A DNA stretch of 62,957 bases, the filler included, from Perkinsus chesapeaki ATCC PRA-425 (Eukaryota; Protista; Perkinsozoa), in assembly GCA_013115145.1 (NCBI GenBank). It is 8 parts of 8 records of this genome, joined end to end, with 100 filler letters (N's around TTAATTAATTAA, not from the genome) between each part and the next. Parts side by side here need not be neighbours in the genome. Positions count along the whole stretch, not along the records: positions 9,585 to 30,929 come from JAAPAO010000598.1; 7 more parts are not named here. One strand, written 5' to 3'. Both the position numbers and the translations under genes were made by a program. Positions 10,001 to 23,800 of the stretch are shown one piece after another. Numbering within the stretch: the stretch's first letter is position 1; each line of letters begins with the position of its first letter. The notes below the pieces were generated by a model that saw nothing but the letters and a program-made list of their open reading frames with translations, was not told where the DNA came from and ran no database searches.

Positions 10001-12361
10001 TTACGAGGTCCCAGTCGTCAGCCAATCTGGTCTCCTGCGGTCGATGTAGGGACTCTCCCGTCTCGAAGTTATGGAAGTATTTAGAGCCTGCGATGACTTC
10101 AAGTGACGATTAAGCCGATTGCATTGCTCACCACGGCGGTCAAAGAATGCATGCCATTTGATACCAAGAAGTGTATGCGGTGGAGCTGTCCTTGACAGTG
10201 ACTCTAGCAGCTCCTTCCGAGGATCCAGTTCACCCTTGGCCAGAACCCTGCCTCCAGGGCCCGTACCTGAAGTTCCAATATCCGACAGTGAGGCGTCTTC
10301 ACTGATCACCATGTGATGCCTGAGCCTTTGTCAATTGGGACTGCAAGGAGTGGCCAACACTTCGCCTCTTTGTCTCTGTTCCCTCCTCTTGTTCGATATA
10401 CGCATAGTCTCGAGTGTAGTCTATTTTAACGGGCTTTAAGTCGAGGAACCTGATAACTTTCCCCACCACCACAAGCCCGGAAGTACAGCGCCCCACCTGG
10501 GCAGCGTTTTCACGTGTTTGCCTGTGTAACATTCATGACAGTATGAACCAAAGGTGTAGGTGCACTGGAGCTTTGCTGGTAGAGTCCGACAAAGGCAGCA
10601 CGGTATAAGATGATTCGGCACGTGAAGCTTCCGGTTGCCCTGCACACCAGTAACATGTGCCAAAGTCTATTGCTTACCTTCATGTGAAGCTTCTCGAAGC
10701 AAGTTTCACAAAGGCAATCTCGGCACTTCGGACAGTAGCAGCTGGCTACTATACCGCACTCGACACAGTACACTTGACCTGACACCATACTTGACATTTT
10801 TCAAGATTGAGGTACTCACCGGCCTCGTTGGGGCCTATGGTGGCGCTGGGGTCCTCTTGCTCGAGGACCTCCTGGGAGATCTGGAACCTGAATAAATAAC
10901 AGGTCACTAGCGGTGGGTGCTCCGCCGCGGTGACCTGTTCCTCTCGTTATCGATGATCTCCAAACAGTACTTCACCTCCTGGGTGTCAAGCTCAGTTTCA
11001 AGACGGTACTGCAGGGAGAAGGCCTTGATGAACACCTTAATGGTTCGGACCTGCTCGATGGCCTAGAAAGGGTTTGAGGATATCGGGCATACCATGAAGG
11101 GCTCCGCAACAACATCGACTTTGAGTATCTCAGCAATTTCTCGAACATACCGGGGAGACACTATAGGCTCCTGCGTGAGGATATTGGAGTTGCACTCGGC
11201 CTCATAGGACTGATCAAGGCCACAAAGCTCTGCGGTTCAAAGTGGAGGAGGTACCCAAAGCATCCGGTTGATCCTGAGTTTGATGTGCTCCTCCTTGCTG
11301 ACATGTCGGCAGTGGTCCAGCAGCTGAGCGAAGTAATCGTAGAAGGGGTGCTTCCAGGTTGACTCGGAGGTCTCTTCATTAACGTAACATATTATACCTG
11401 ACACGGACATATGGATAGGTACCAGCAAATCTAAAGCCTACTTCCAACCCCGATGACAGAAGTCCATGGCGGGGGCAGCTCCTGGTCCGCGAAGCTCTCA
11501 ATGACCCAGGTGTATTCCTCGTCGATTTGGGGATCAGCCTGTACATGGAGACTTGGTGGAAGGTTGTGCATCTGACCTACTTGGAGGTATGAGAACCACT
11601 CGTGAAGTGTCGGTATGGCCCCAGAGCACCGGAGCATTGGCACCACGTTATTGCTGGTCCTCTCCACAGCCTTCTGCGTGGTAGGGTCAGCTATACCGAA
11701 GAGGAAAAGTGGATCGCAGTCCAGAAACTCAAGGGCTGCCTGAGGCAATGGGGGCCTTGGAAACGCTTGGAAGAGTATAGATCGTTTACCTCGCCGAGTG
11801 CCTGCGTATCTTCCAGCGCGGTCATGACTTCTATCCAAAGCGTATCAACATCATCTGTCCAGTCCATAAGAACTGACTCTAAGTCTTGAAAGCAAACCTA
11901 CCACCAACTTTACTAGCAGGCAGGCGGAGGCGGAGGCACAAGGCTTACTCTGAACTCAGGTCCCAGCTGCCCCTCTCTAGAGCAGAAGAATATCTCACTG
12001 GTCTCAGCGCTAGGGTCCACCCCACTGGCGTCCTCCCCTTCCCGGTTGACCTAAACAAATCCTATAGGTACTCAGGGGTAGCCGGCGTCGACGCCTACTC
12101 TGATGCTGGCCTTGTAGCCAGCGGGAATGATACCCATATGAAGCTCATCGGGAGCCCCATCGGGATCTGGGGGGTACTGGAATCGGTAGGCTGTTGGGAC
12201 CTGAGGACCAACTCTGGCTGACCAACTCGGAGACCTTTCTTGCCTACCTCGGCATTGACAGTGACAGGATATCCAAAAGACAGGATCCTGTGTATTCGAG
12301 GCTGGGCCTTAGGCCGCACTATAGGGTACTCAACCTCTTGATAGTCGTTATTTGGCGGCAT
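10001..12361 (-). CDS. Multi-exon WW-domain and B-box zinc-finger protein (boundaries approximate)
   Basis: ELPPPW...YYVNEETSESTWKHP (WW-like, split by an intron); CVECGIVASCYCPKCRDCLCETCFEKLH and CCLCRTLPAKLQC..YCHECYTGKH (B-box-like). Confidence 0.75.
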
Positions 12362-12527
12362 TAACCATAACTACCCTACTAGAGCCATAAAGGGACGAAA
12401 ACACAAAGTGAGGGTAGGAGGAGGAGAAGCCTTCGTTGGACAGTAGAGGGTGCATCATGCAACATGTTAATAGAGACACTTTATACTTCACAATCAAACA
12501 ATACATATCAACATCCCCGTATACCCG

Positions 12528-14858
12528 TCAATATCGACGGTGCTGAGGAGGGTACGGTGATCGCCCACCACCGCCGCCCTCTGACATGACTGATGAACGA
12601 ACATCATAACAGGACCGAGGGAAGTCATCGGCCCGGCCATTGGGAGCTGGAGACTGCTGGAGCTTCTTCCGAGCCAAGGCGCCCATCTTCATTGGGGACG
12701 CCAAAATACCACCGGCGTTCATGGGAGCACCGCCTCCCCGGTGAGCTCCTACATTAGGCCCACGGTTCTCGACATCGACCGACCGAGAGACACCATGTGG
12801 ATATTTCCGATAATTAGGTTGGCTCCAGACCGGCGGCAGTCCGTGGTGATGCTGATGGCTTCCCTTGTGGGCTGGAGAGGAGTCTGGTACTTGGCTGGGA
12901 TGCGGCTGTCCTCTTTGATTTGATGGCAATAGTACTCCTTGAACCACCAATTGTTGGCCTCCTCTAGGGTGAGCCATAGGTACAGGAACTCCCTGGACCA
13001 CTGGTGACCTTGGTGACTGATGCCTCGGTATATGAGCAGGTGATGCAGATGTTCCGACTCTTCTCCTTTTGCCCACCACTTGCCTCTGCTGAGTGGGGCT
13101 GCAGTAGGGCACCCCTCTCCCTGGGGACCCTTCACGAGCATACCGCACATCTCGATGGCAAGATGCAACTGACCGTGGCGAGTCATCCGGCGCAACTCGA
13201 CCAACTGGAGATCTTCGATCATCCAAGACTGGCGAGCGTGGTTGCTGTACGTTCTGCCTCGTCATGCCTGCGGCAGGGGACCTCTGTTCACTGAATTCTG
13301 AGTAGTTCGGGACAGGTGACGGCGGCGGTGGACATCCTCGCGGCAAGGCTCTTGGGTCCTCCATTTGGCTGTATCGCTGTGGACCTTTAGGTGAGTGGTT
13401 CGACCTAGGCATCGGCACAGGGCTCGGACAGCATCTCGGGGATCTAGATGAGCATCCTCTGTACCAGGATCTTGGGCTGCCGTCCTGAGCACACAATGTT
13501 GATTGGATATCCTAGCCAGTGCGCACCTCTTCCTCCTCCTCTTCCAGCATCCTGCGTATCTCCCCTTGAACTATCCCTCGCCCGACAATCTCTGCTGCAG
13601 TTGGTCTTCTCGTCCAGTCCCTGTTAAGGCAATCTCTAAGTAGCTGCCTCAACTCCGGTGAGTAATGCTTCGGCAGTTCAGGCGTTGGCCCTTTGGTTAT
13701 TTTATCAACTAATGCTTTGATATTAGTTGCATCAAAGGGCACCTTTAAACAACACATCTCATACAGTATACACCCGAGGGCCCAGATGTCCGATGCCCAG
13801 TTGTAGGGTCTCTCTTCGCATATCTCTGGGCTGAGGTAATAAGGCGTCCCTATAGTGGTCTCGGCAAATGCCAGAGTAGAGTCAAGTATCTAAGCGTACT
13901 TTATACTGTAGATGCAGAATCACCTCAGGCAGCAAGTGCGGAGATATTCAACTTTTCGAACAAGTGGATTATCATGAATTACTGACCGACCTTGGAAATG
14001 CCAAAGTCACCCAGTCGAAGTCTATCGGTCCTGGTCAGGAAGAGGTTCTGTGTCTTTAGGTCTCTATGAAGGATATGCTTCTCGTGCATATATCTGATGG
14101 CAGCAGCAGCATCTCCATCCCCTCACGAGAGCGGCGGCTACTTCAAGGCCAGGGCCGCCTGACTGAACCATCGCAATATCTGTGGCTCCGTGAACCCTTT
14201 GCCGAAATCTCGTGCCTTCCTTATTCGAGCGGATAGATCTCCTGAGTGGGAATAGCCACTGGTTGAGTAACCGATTCACAATGAGGTGGTGGTAGGACAA
14301 GATAGCTCCGGTGAATGTTATCACTGTCGCTGGGCCACAATCTATAGCCTCCCAATGCCTACGAAAAGTCGAAAACCCAAATACTCGAAAATGAAACACT
14401 CTCCCTGTAAAAGTCGAAACTGCTCATGCAGAACTAGTGGCAGTTTGCACAACAGAGTAATATGCGCTGCTGCTGTAACGCTCGTGTCCAAGTGGGCAAT
14501 CGACTCACCACCCTCTGCGTAGTCCATGATGATACACAAACCATTAGACTCCTCAAAAAATGAATCACGATAGCAGACCACGTAGGGATGCTTTAACGAG
14601 GAAAGGACCTATAGACAGGCAGGCAACTTCAGCAAAGTGATACGGTCGCCAGTTGTTGCTGTTGTTGCTTTTCGCTTGTTAGAGCTGGTGAGTTACTTTA
14701 ACTTCGTTCCTCGCTTCCTTTTGTTGTTTTTTATTCATTCGTCTGATATCAATCGTCTTCATAATATATTCTCGGCCATCTCTGCCTCTCACTAACCATG
14801 CCTTGCCGAAGGACCCTTCCCCTATTTTACGAATACGAGAGTATCCTCTAGACGCCAT
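12528..14858 (-). CDS. NIMA-related (NEK) Ser/Thr kinase, multi-exon, with low-complexity SP-rich tail
   Basis: IGEGSFGKA, EARNEV, CIIMDYAEGG, HRDLKTQNLFL, DFGISK, GTPYYLSPEIC, SDIWALGC, PFDATN. Confidence 0.93.
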
Positions 14859-15014
14859 TAAACCAGTAGCAACGATGACTTCTACTATCATCACCGATAT
14901 ATTCACAAACTCAACTGCCAACCTTATTTATGAACATCGTAATTAAGAACACCGTGTTGGGAATGCTATGGTAGGCCAGCTGGAGCGGCGGAGTGCCTAA
15001 TAGTCAGCCTCGGG

Positions 15015-18000
15015 TTAGTCTATCGATTTTATGTAGCCTGTCTTGGCGTAGTGACCATGTAAGACCATAGGGCGTATCGACTCGAGCCTGACAACTGCCT
15101 CGTCTATAGCTTCCTCCCCTATGCCGAGATCCCTGACAGAGCACTTCACGCACCGGAGACATACACTGCGCGTTTGCTACCTGAAGGATCTCCCCACTTG
15201 CTGCATAAAACAGTCAAAGTGATAGTCAGTGACGGCCAGTACAGAGTGCAAGCTCTCGAGGTTCCTTCCCTTGTACTCTGTCGGGCCTGAACAACAACAC
15301 TTAGCCATACCACAGTGTCCTCTGCGATATTGATATACCCCCGAGGACCATGGTGATATAGGCAGATTGAGCTTGCTTTATGAACTTAAGCTTGGATCCC
15401 TCGAAGAAGCCATTGATCCGCTTGTCTCTTTCAATACATTCGTACCTAACAACTATCCACCACGGTCGACTATCGGCAGTCGTCTACAAGCGTGTTATGA
15501 AGCTCTCAAGGCCCTCGTGGCCGCCCAACTTCTCAAATAGCTTTTGCTTGCCCTCCTTATCGTACTCCTTCTGAGCCACTTCCATCCGAACCATGCATCC
15601 AGTGGTAATGTCCGATCTGGTCCTATTCACAACCTGTAATTGATCTTTACGGCAAGCAAGTCTAAAGCCATTTACCAGGAACACGTCGTCCAGCGTTATG
15701 CTGTCAACACCTATCTCCTTTGAAGCCTCCACTAGGCTCTCACAGACCGCATCGAAATGGTAGTTAGTGATATTCATAAGATAATGGGCTGGCCTCAACT
15801 GCCGAGGATCATATTGAACTGGTCCACCAAAAGCACCACTAAGATACTGATACCTGAATAACATCACACGGGACGCACCGAGCACACCTAGTACATTTTC
15901 ATCCGTATCTGCTTCTGCTTAGCTTTGCCTTTTTCAAAGAAATATCTGACTCTCGTATCGGCCTTGGCTCTGTCATACCTGCAAGTGTGCTGCTGCTGCA
16001 GCGTGGTACAGACTGCCGCGGCATTACATATCCTCCACCAGAGCTTCCAGAGATTGGTCACCACCGAGCCGATCAACTAGAGTCTTATCGTCATCCTTAC
16101 CCTTCATTTCTGCAACGGACAATACGTCACTCGACAACACAATAACCCACCCAAATGGAACTCATCCTCTTTGACGCCGAGCACTCCCTGCCTAATCTGC
16201 TCTAATGAGACATATACTTCATCCACCAACTCCGGGGAGACGCCTGAAGTATCTTTTATCGATGTGAAATGCATGCTCAAACCTCTACCTGTATCAATTA
16301 AAGCCTTGTGGAAGTTGGTTAGGAAAGCATCGAAGTGATAATCGTTGACCCCTGAGCACCAATAACTCTACCATCAGACTCTGCCAAATGCTCTATCACC
16401 AAGATGCTCGTGTATTTGAAACAGTCCTTTCCCTTCATACGTCTGAGGGCCCCCGAGGAGCCCCAGGATGTACCTCCCTATGTTCTGCTTAACTCTATCG
16501 AACTGTGGTATAGCAAAAAAGCTTTTAATCCGAGGATCGGTCGCCGCCTGGTCCACAACTTCATTAACAAGCTTCGTGATGCCCTCTTCCTTTCCCAACC
16601 TGCTTCTATTAATATAACACTTTCAACTACACTAGACTCTACTTACCCAATGAACAGGTGCTCCTTGCCGGCATCGATACGTTCTTTCGCTAGCTGCATT
16701 CGAACTGTACATCCAATAGTAACATCTGTACGAACTGGCTGCAAGGCTTTCATAACCTCCCGAGCAAATCCTAAAACATAGAGATATGTGCAAGCTAATT
16801 CATACCGACTTTTCCCCACTTCTATCAATTCCCATATCCACGATTAGCACTCCCAGCATGATTCCCAACATCGCATCGAAATGTCTATCATTGACATTCA
16901 GGCCATAATGCGCTGGCCGCAGCTCCTTCGCATCGTACTTCGACGGTCCACCTAAATGAGTCGATTCTCCGCTACCTCCACTTGCTTCATTCACCTATTA
17001 ACAATGCAATATACTGTGTCATCCTGTCTTTAATAGTAGTTATCCTAGCCTTGTTCTTCTCAAGCAGACTTCGCAATCTCGGATCCTCTATCGCCTTATC
17101 ATATGCCTTGCTCACGAATGTCGATAGGACTTGCCCCCCACCAAGACGATCGAATCTGACCATGACTGCACGACCAAAGCATCACGACAACTTACAGGGA
17201 TTTCTCTCTCGAGGCCGCTTGAGTAGCCCTGGCATCATGCTTTCTGAAATCGGGATTAACAACATTGCTTCGCTCCGTCTCCAACAACACGGCACCTGAA
17301 ATGCCACCCGTCTCAGCTGAGCTCGAAAATATCTTTGCCAACCATGAACTGGAAACGCCGCGGAAGTTCACTGAAGACTGCTGGGATTTATTCAAACGTC
17401 ATATTTAGCCAAGCACATGTAAAGCGGCGAAAGCATGCTAATATTAACGAGTGCTTTTGCATACGCTCATCTTCCAGTTTGGAAACTACCTTAATGAAAA
17501 ATGAGATTCAGTCGGCGGAGCGAAGCGTATCCTTCTTACATTCATCTGTAGTAGATTCATCTAAGCCCCTTTGAAGTAGAGCCTTTCTACATAGTTCCAG
17601 GAAGGCATCAAAATGATAATCAGATACTTGAAGAACAGCATGAACTCGTTCTAATGGTCTGCCAATATACTCCACCGGTGACCCCAACAACTGTGCAATA
17701 TATTCACCTAAATGATGCTTCCTCCTCCTCCTCATCATCATTCACTTGGCTTCAATGGCTACTACTCACCTTGGCTCGCCTTTATAGTGTCCAACTTGCT
17801 GCCGGAAAAGAACAGCTTTATCCGAGGATCCTCTTGAATGAGTTGATAAAGGTCATCAACGAACCCCTCAATACCGTCATCTCCCCCTAGCTGCTCAAAG
17901 AGCCCATCAGTACCTTATCACAACAGCAGTCACTTTGCCACTAAATCCTCCTCCCCCTTTATCCACTGACCCGAAGCCTGTGCCTTTTGCATAGCTATCT

Positions 18001-20188
18001 CATATCGAACCGTACATCCTTTGGTAATATCAGATCTAACCTTACCAACTACTTCTAAAAAGTCCTTAGAGGCTTCCTCATCCAGTTCTAACACTCCACA
18101 GGCAGCCTACACATATACAACAAGTGAATGAAATATATACAAGCGATGGGATAATAGGGATCATGCCGTATATTCAATAAGGCGTCATCATCATCATTGA
18201 TGAAGCTAAACTCGGAAACGCGCATATGCTCCTAGGAGAGGAAAACTCCCGCAGTGCCCCCCCCAAATATGCCCAGCAGATGCAATCCAGAAACTCTACA
18301 CGGATCTCAGATCTCCTCCTCGTTATTAAAGAAGTCGAGGCCTATCGCGTGAATCACTGAATCGTGTAATGCTCATAGTCTTTTATACTCGTTACCATTT
18401 TTTGCATACAAAGGCCACTCACGCACCAACACAGAACTATCTTCTCGGACTGCATCGAACAACTAATATGTCGATTCGGTTTTTGGGGAATCCTTTCGCG
18501 GCCCAGCCGCCCTGCTGCTGTTGGATATTACGTGAATATTCTCCAGTACAGCATCGAAATGGAAATCAGTGATGTTCATATTAAAATGGAAGGCCTGTAG
18601 CTGAGATAGATCATACTTCTTAGCACCACCACAGAGACCAATCAATACTTCACCCTAACAAAATTGAATATCTTCCTCCTCGCCCCACTTCCAAGCTGGC
18701 CCTACTATCTTGGTCTTCTGATTATCCTGCTTATCAGCTTCTATATCGAAGAAGTACTTTACTCGTGGATCAGCTCGACATCCCATATGCCTGAGGATGA
18801 TGCATAATACCACCACTGTTACCATCCCCACCGCTCTACATGGTCTCGACAACTGCTTCAATATTCATTTCACCACCCAATCGTTCTAGTACACTCTTCC
18901 CTTTAACCATCTTTTGTGCAGATTCAATGCCTCTTGCACAATTCAACACTGATGCTCTGATCGGCTCCATTAACACCAGAACCTATTCGCGGGGCACCCT
19001 GCATCAACAGCAGCAAGCAGCAAGCCTCTATCACCTCATCAACAGTAGCATCATCGTAGCCTAGACCACTTAAGGCCTTCTCACAGTCCATCAAAAAGCA
19101 GTCAAAGTTGAAGTCGTCTATCTCCATATCCTTGTGGATTTCTACCAAGTCCCGACCTAACCATGGGACAGTACTTTCCCAAAACAAACCAGAACATTCA
19201 AGACCACACCGAGGCCTCCTCCTCCCGGCATATTACCATCATAACATTTTTCACCTCCGAATAGCTCAGTGAAATATAGCGTTTGGCCAGCTTTGACTCT
19301 GGTGATAGGTTGAGGAATGGATATATGATATTCACATATTACTTATTAATATTCTTATCCTTGAAGAATTTGTTGAGTCTATTATCCATATTAATAACCT
19401 CATATACCCGATCCATGAACTCTGCAATACCGTCTTTTCCTGAATGCACCCAACTTTCTATCAAGTGCCAGTGGCCACCCCAGCATAACCCTGGTCCTCT
19501 CCCTTCATTACCTCTGAGTTTCCGGAAGAGATAGTCTTCACCACCACCCTGCAAGCTTCTCTTTGCTGTTTCCATCCTAACAGTGCATCCTGCTGTAATG
19601 TCTCTCCGTACCTGACAAGGATATTGAGGCCAAGTGATAGTACTAAGTACACTCACCTTCCCGAGAGCAAGCAAGAGATCTTCCTTAGCAGCTGGATGAA
19701 CATTTAAACTGGTGAAACTCGAGTCGAACAGCTCGAGTATCTGAACTCGATGCGTGCACGTGGAGCACAGAAAGATGCCCAGTACCGCATCGAAGTGATA
19801 GTCCGTTAAATTAAGGTTGTAATGAGCAGGCTTAAGTGCCTCGGAGTCGTACAGTACCGGACCACCAGTGAAGCCCGAAAGGAACTGAGGACATCTACTA
19901 TCCCTACCGCTCATCCGCATCACTTTACCTGATGAAGCTTCTTCTTAATATTAGACATCTTTCTCTGATTCTTTTCTAGATAAGCTCTGAACACCACTAC
20001 CACTCCTTTCCCAACTCTCATCCTCAATTACCTTGTTCTAGCATCAGCTATTGCCTTCGAATACATGATATCCACTGCAGTGACTATAGCCAGATCGCCT
20101 CCTACTCGTTCGTAACTACCAATTCACTATATCCATACGCCCCCTTTTCAGACTCATACAGCGTCCTAGACTTATCATCATTAGCCAT
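15015..20188 (-). CDS. Multi-exon protein with eight tandem group I truncated (2/2) haemoglobin domains
   Basis: Eight repeats of L(F/Y)xRLGG...D.R...FF...GP..Y....L...H..(L/M).(I/V).D.HFD, read across ~50-nt introns. Start MANDDKSRTLYERVGG at 20188, stop at 15015. Confidence 0.85.
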
Positions 20189-20306
20189 CTTGTTCCTGAA
20201 TGCACTGAGGCCAAATACATTCCCTTGTGCGTTCTGCTCAGCTGCTTGCTTTACCGACGATTTGAACCTGCGCCGCCGTCCTTGCGTGTACCATATTTCT
20301 ATTATT

Positions 20307-20700
20307 CTACTTTTGAATGTCTTCCTTCGCCTGTGCCACTAAGCTTTTAACCGTTTCGACTTCAATATCAACCATACCTCCACCGTTCTGTCCCGGTGTA
20401 GTGGCCGCTACTAAACTCTTTATATGCCCAAGTTTGCCTATATAGAAGAACGTATTGTAAAAGTGATAAAACGTCTTACCAGCAACTGCAGTTATTCTAG
20501 TTTTAACGTTCTGTATCTCATCTCGTGTCTTGCCTACTGTGTTGAGGAGTTCCTCAACGTCTACACTTCTAACTGCCATTTTCAATTCGTCCCGCAACGG
20601 TATCGCCATCCAAAGAATCTTGCGCACTTGTTCTATCTCGCGTTTCCTTCACGCATCCTCCATAGCATGCCGCAAAGTTTGCACCGGTCACACGTAAGAC
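20307..20700 (-). other. Coiled-coil-like coding fragment; separate broken gene or N-terminal extension of the globin gene
   Basis: REIEQVRKILWMAIPLRDELK..VKTRITAVAGK, preceded by an in-frame TGA; the frame upstream of the globin ATG is also open for about 35 codons. Confidence 0.3.
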
Positions 20701-20859
20701 TAACTAGCAGAGCCCGTCGCTTCACTCCAGTGTTGTGTAGCTCTTTGTCAGAGGGACCATGGAAAGGAGGCTAAGAGAAGTTCACATGTGAGGTGTAAGG
20801 AATATGGATGTATGGTATGAGATAAATAATATGCGGAACAGATCGTCTGTTACAGATGA

Positions 20860-23800
20860 GGATATGTTACTGGGATACATCGAATAGTAAATCGTTATTA
20901 CGGCGGTATACGCATAGTCCCGTCATTCAACGTCACAACTCATGCACCGTAATTTTCGATCCGTACGTAATATCGATATCGCATATCGAGTTCCATTACA
21001 GTGGCCGTTTTTAGCATCGAGGTTTTTGTGTAACACTATCGGGGTGTTTATTTTCAGAAGAAGAAGATGGGGAGTAATAGAGTTTAGAAATTTAATAGGA
21101 GCTGGTATGGAGTTATCGTGGTCAGTAATAGAGTCTGCGCTGACTAAAGTGTACAACTGACCGGGAATACGTCTAGTGATACTCTCATTTAGCTCATCAA
21201 TACGTGCACGAGTTGCGCTGAGAATGGCTCTTTCAGAAAAACAAGATGGATTACTATAATTAGAAGGATTCGTGATGTCTGAGTATACAAAATCTATAAG
21301 ACTATCAATAGTTTGAGGATAGATAAGTTGTTCATGTGGTTAGCGGTATTATTTGTGAGTCGGGTTGATATGGGTGTGGAGCTGGTATACTCCCATTGCC
21401 TAATTGAATGAGCCACTGCGAGAAAGAAGTTAGTCGCGTATGATTGATGGAGTGAGCTGTGACATAAAACGCATATTTGTAGTTAGAGTGAATTTCATAA
21501 TACTTTGCCATCAGGGAGATTTGCAAATGCACGCGCTAACTATAATAACTCGTCCAGCTCTGCCGCAGGGTCTGCGGAGTACGGGAGTGACTTGTCTGAA
21601 GTCCCCAGCTAGAGTGAGAAGTTTTCAACCGAACGGGAGTTGAGCATTCATAAGATCCTTCAAAGAACGATCTAGAGCTTCTAAAGACCACCTCGTGGCT
21701 TCATCTCAAACAATGAAATGTACATTTCGTAGGGTTTTACCTGTGTTGGATCGTTTCATAAAATTACACACAGAATCCGGGGACGCAGGGATAGGCAATT
21801 TTAGTACGGAGTGCGCTGTTCTTCCCCCCTTGGAGAATTGTCACCCATGTGGAATTTTTAGGAAAATCTATGTAATGTACAGATCGAGCCAATTGATAGT
21901 CTTGGTGGCCAACCGAATTAGTTTGGAAGCATGCTGTTAGTTTGGTTACCGGTGGACTTCTCATCATTGCGTTCATGAATTCTACCTGCCCAAATTGTAC
22001 TTTGTTGATGGTTCGGGAGATGGACAGGGAGGCGTAAATTTTACGCTAAAATACTTTTACGCTGTGAAACCGAATGAGAACGATTGTGGAGAGGAAATTT
22101 ATAAATTCGTCATGCAGCTTCTGTACAGCCTACATAACGGGAGTCAGTGTATTCGGGTAACTCGTCACCAGGAGTAGTTGGAGTATTACTGGAGGCTGGT
22201 GGTTGTTGTTGGTTAGCTGTCATGGTAGGATTAGATAATGCGCGTCATAGCAACACCAGGGACAGTGGGGGACTACCCATGGATTGGTTATTACAATAAT
22301 TATGCCGTTACGATTACGTTTTGTGAAGGAATTCCCACATTGACTGTCAATGTGGCAATGGCTGGCCTCCACGACCAAGGGATCCAGAGCTTCATCGATG
22401 TTGCCACTATCAGGAGTTGGTGGAATAACTGCCCCATCTTCTGTGCTGTAGTGTGGCGAAGTGGGAGACAAACTGTTTAGGAATGCAGTTACCTCTGCGC
22501 CAGGAGCACAGGTAGGGGACACACCAGGCCCTGGCTCACAGCCACGTGAGCTGCATCTCATACGTTTCCTAGCCGGTGCATGAGTCGTCGAAGGCTTAAA
22601 CCGTCCAGGCTTCCAATGAACATTTTTGGTGGTCAAATGCCAATTGGCAGCCAGCTCGCTTTCGTGGCAGTTCATCAAGTGCTGCCTTGCTTTCCAAGAA
22701 TTCCAAAATGCACTACCGCTTTCTGGTCGCTGACAAAAATGACAGCAATATTTCCATCCATTCACTGTGAGCAAGGGCTCGAAGAAGCCGTCGGGGCGGA
22801 AGTTAACCTTGCATGGACGACCACGGCCACCAGTCATTAATAACAGACCGCTCAAAGAATTGGGCTGCGGTAGAACGGCTTCGCTCACTAGAGCTGTGTT
22901 ATTACAACACTGTTATAGAGTCTGGTCCCATACGAGGAGAAAAGGAAGTGTTTGGATTCAAATCGATTCAATTGATGCGAGGACAGCATTGCTGTCAACT
23001 TGACAGCGTTCGTCGACAACTCGAGAAAATCGAGGGAGTACAGCCGCTGGAGTGCAGCAGTTACATTCCAGGCTGGAAGGAAACCTAATTCCCCTACTGA
23101 CGAGCCCAATTCCTAGATCTAAGTAGCTATTAACAACACAGAGCCACGAGAGCGCCGCGACATGGTTACCAAATCTGCTACTTAATACGGGAAGCATCAT
23201 CCGTGAGAAGGGATGGCTTCTCATCTCAGGGAACGACTCGTTCCGAACGAGGGAAAAACCGGGAAATTTTCCCGGAATTTCCAGGAAAAATGGAAAATGG
23301 AAAACCGGCAAACCCTGCATTGACATGGTGGGCGCCTTTTGTATTGAGGATATGTGTTGATCGCTTATAGTAGTAAGTGATGAGAAGTTTTTCGGAAAGC
23401 GTTTAGTACACACCCCATCTTTCCTACAACGGGCTGAAGGATTGTGTACTCCACATGGTTCATGAATCATATATCTTGTTACTATAGCCGCTATAGTATA
23501 GCGTACAAGTTAGGGTTCAAGTTACGGTCCGGTTACCGGACTCCGGTATTCCAGCTTAGATAAGAGAATCGATGTGATCGATTGTGAATTGACCAATGGT
23601 CAATGACCATGGTGTTGTATGAGTAACATGTGAATATGAGGCAGACCACGCTTTTGAAAATTCAATTGAGTGGACAAAAGCCAAGCAATGACCGAATATA
23701 CTATCTTGGACGTTTTTGATAAGGCTTTTGCACTTCAAATGGAATACTCTACAAACGATATCTGGGCGATCTACAGGGGTTTGACCGCGTTGAAGAGCAG

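Noticed and set aside
18107-18531. Extra exons in the 425-nt globin intron
   Set aside because: Flanking exons join in phase 0 (ENIH|AACG) and restore normal domain length
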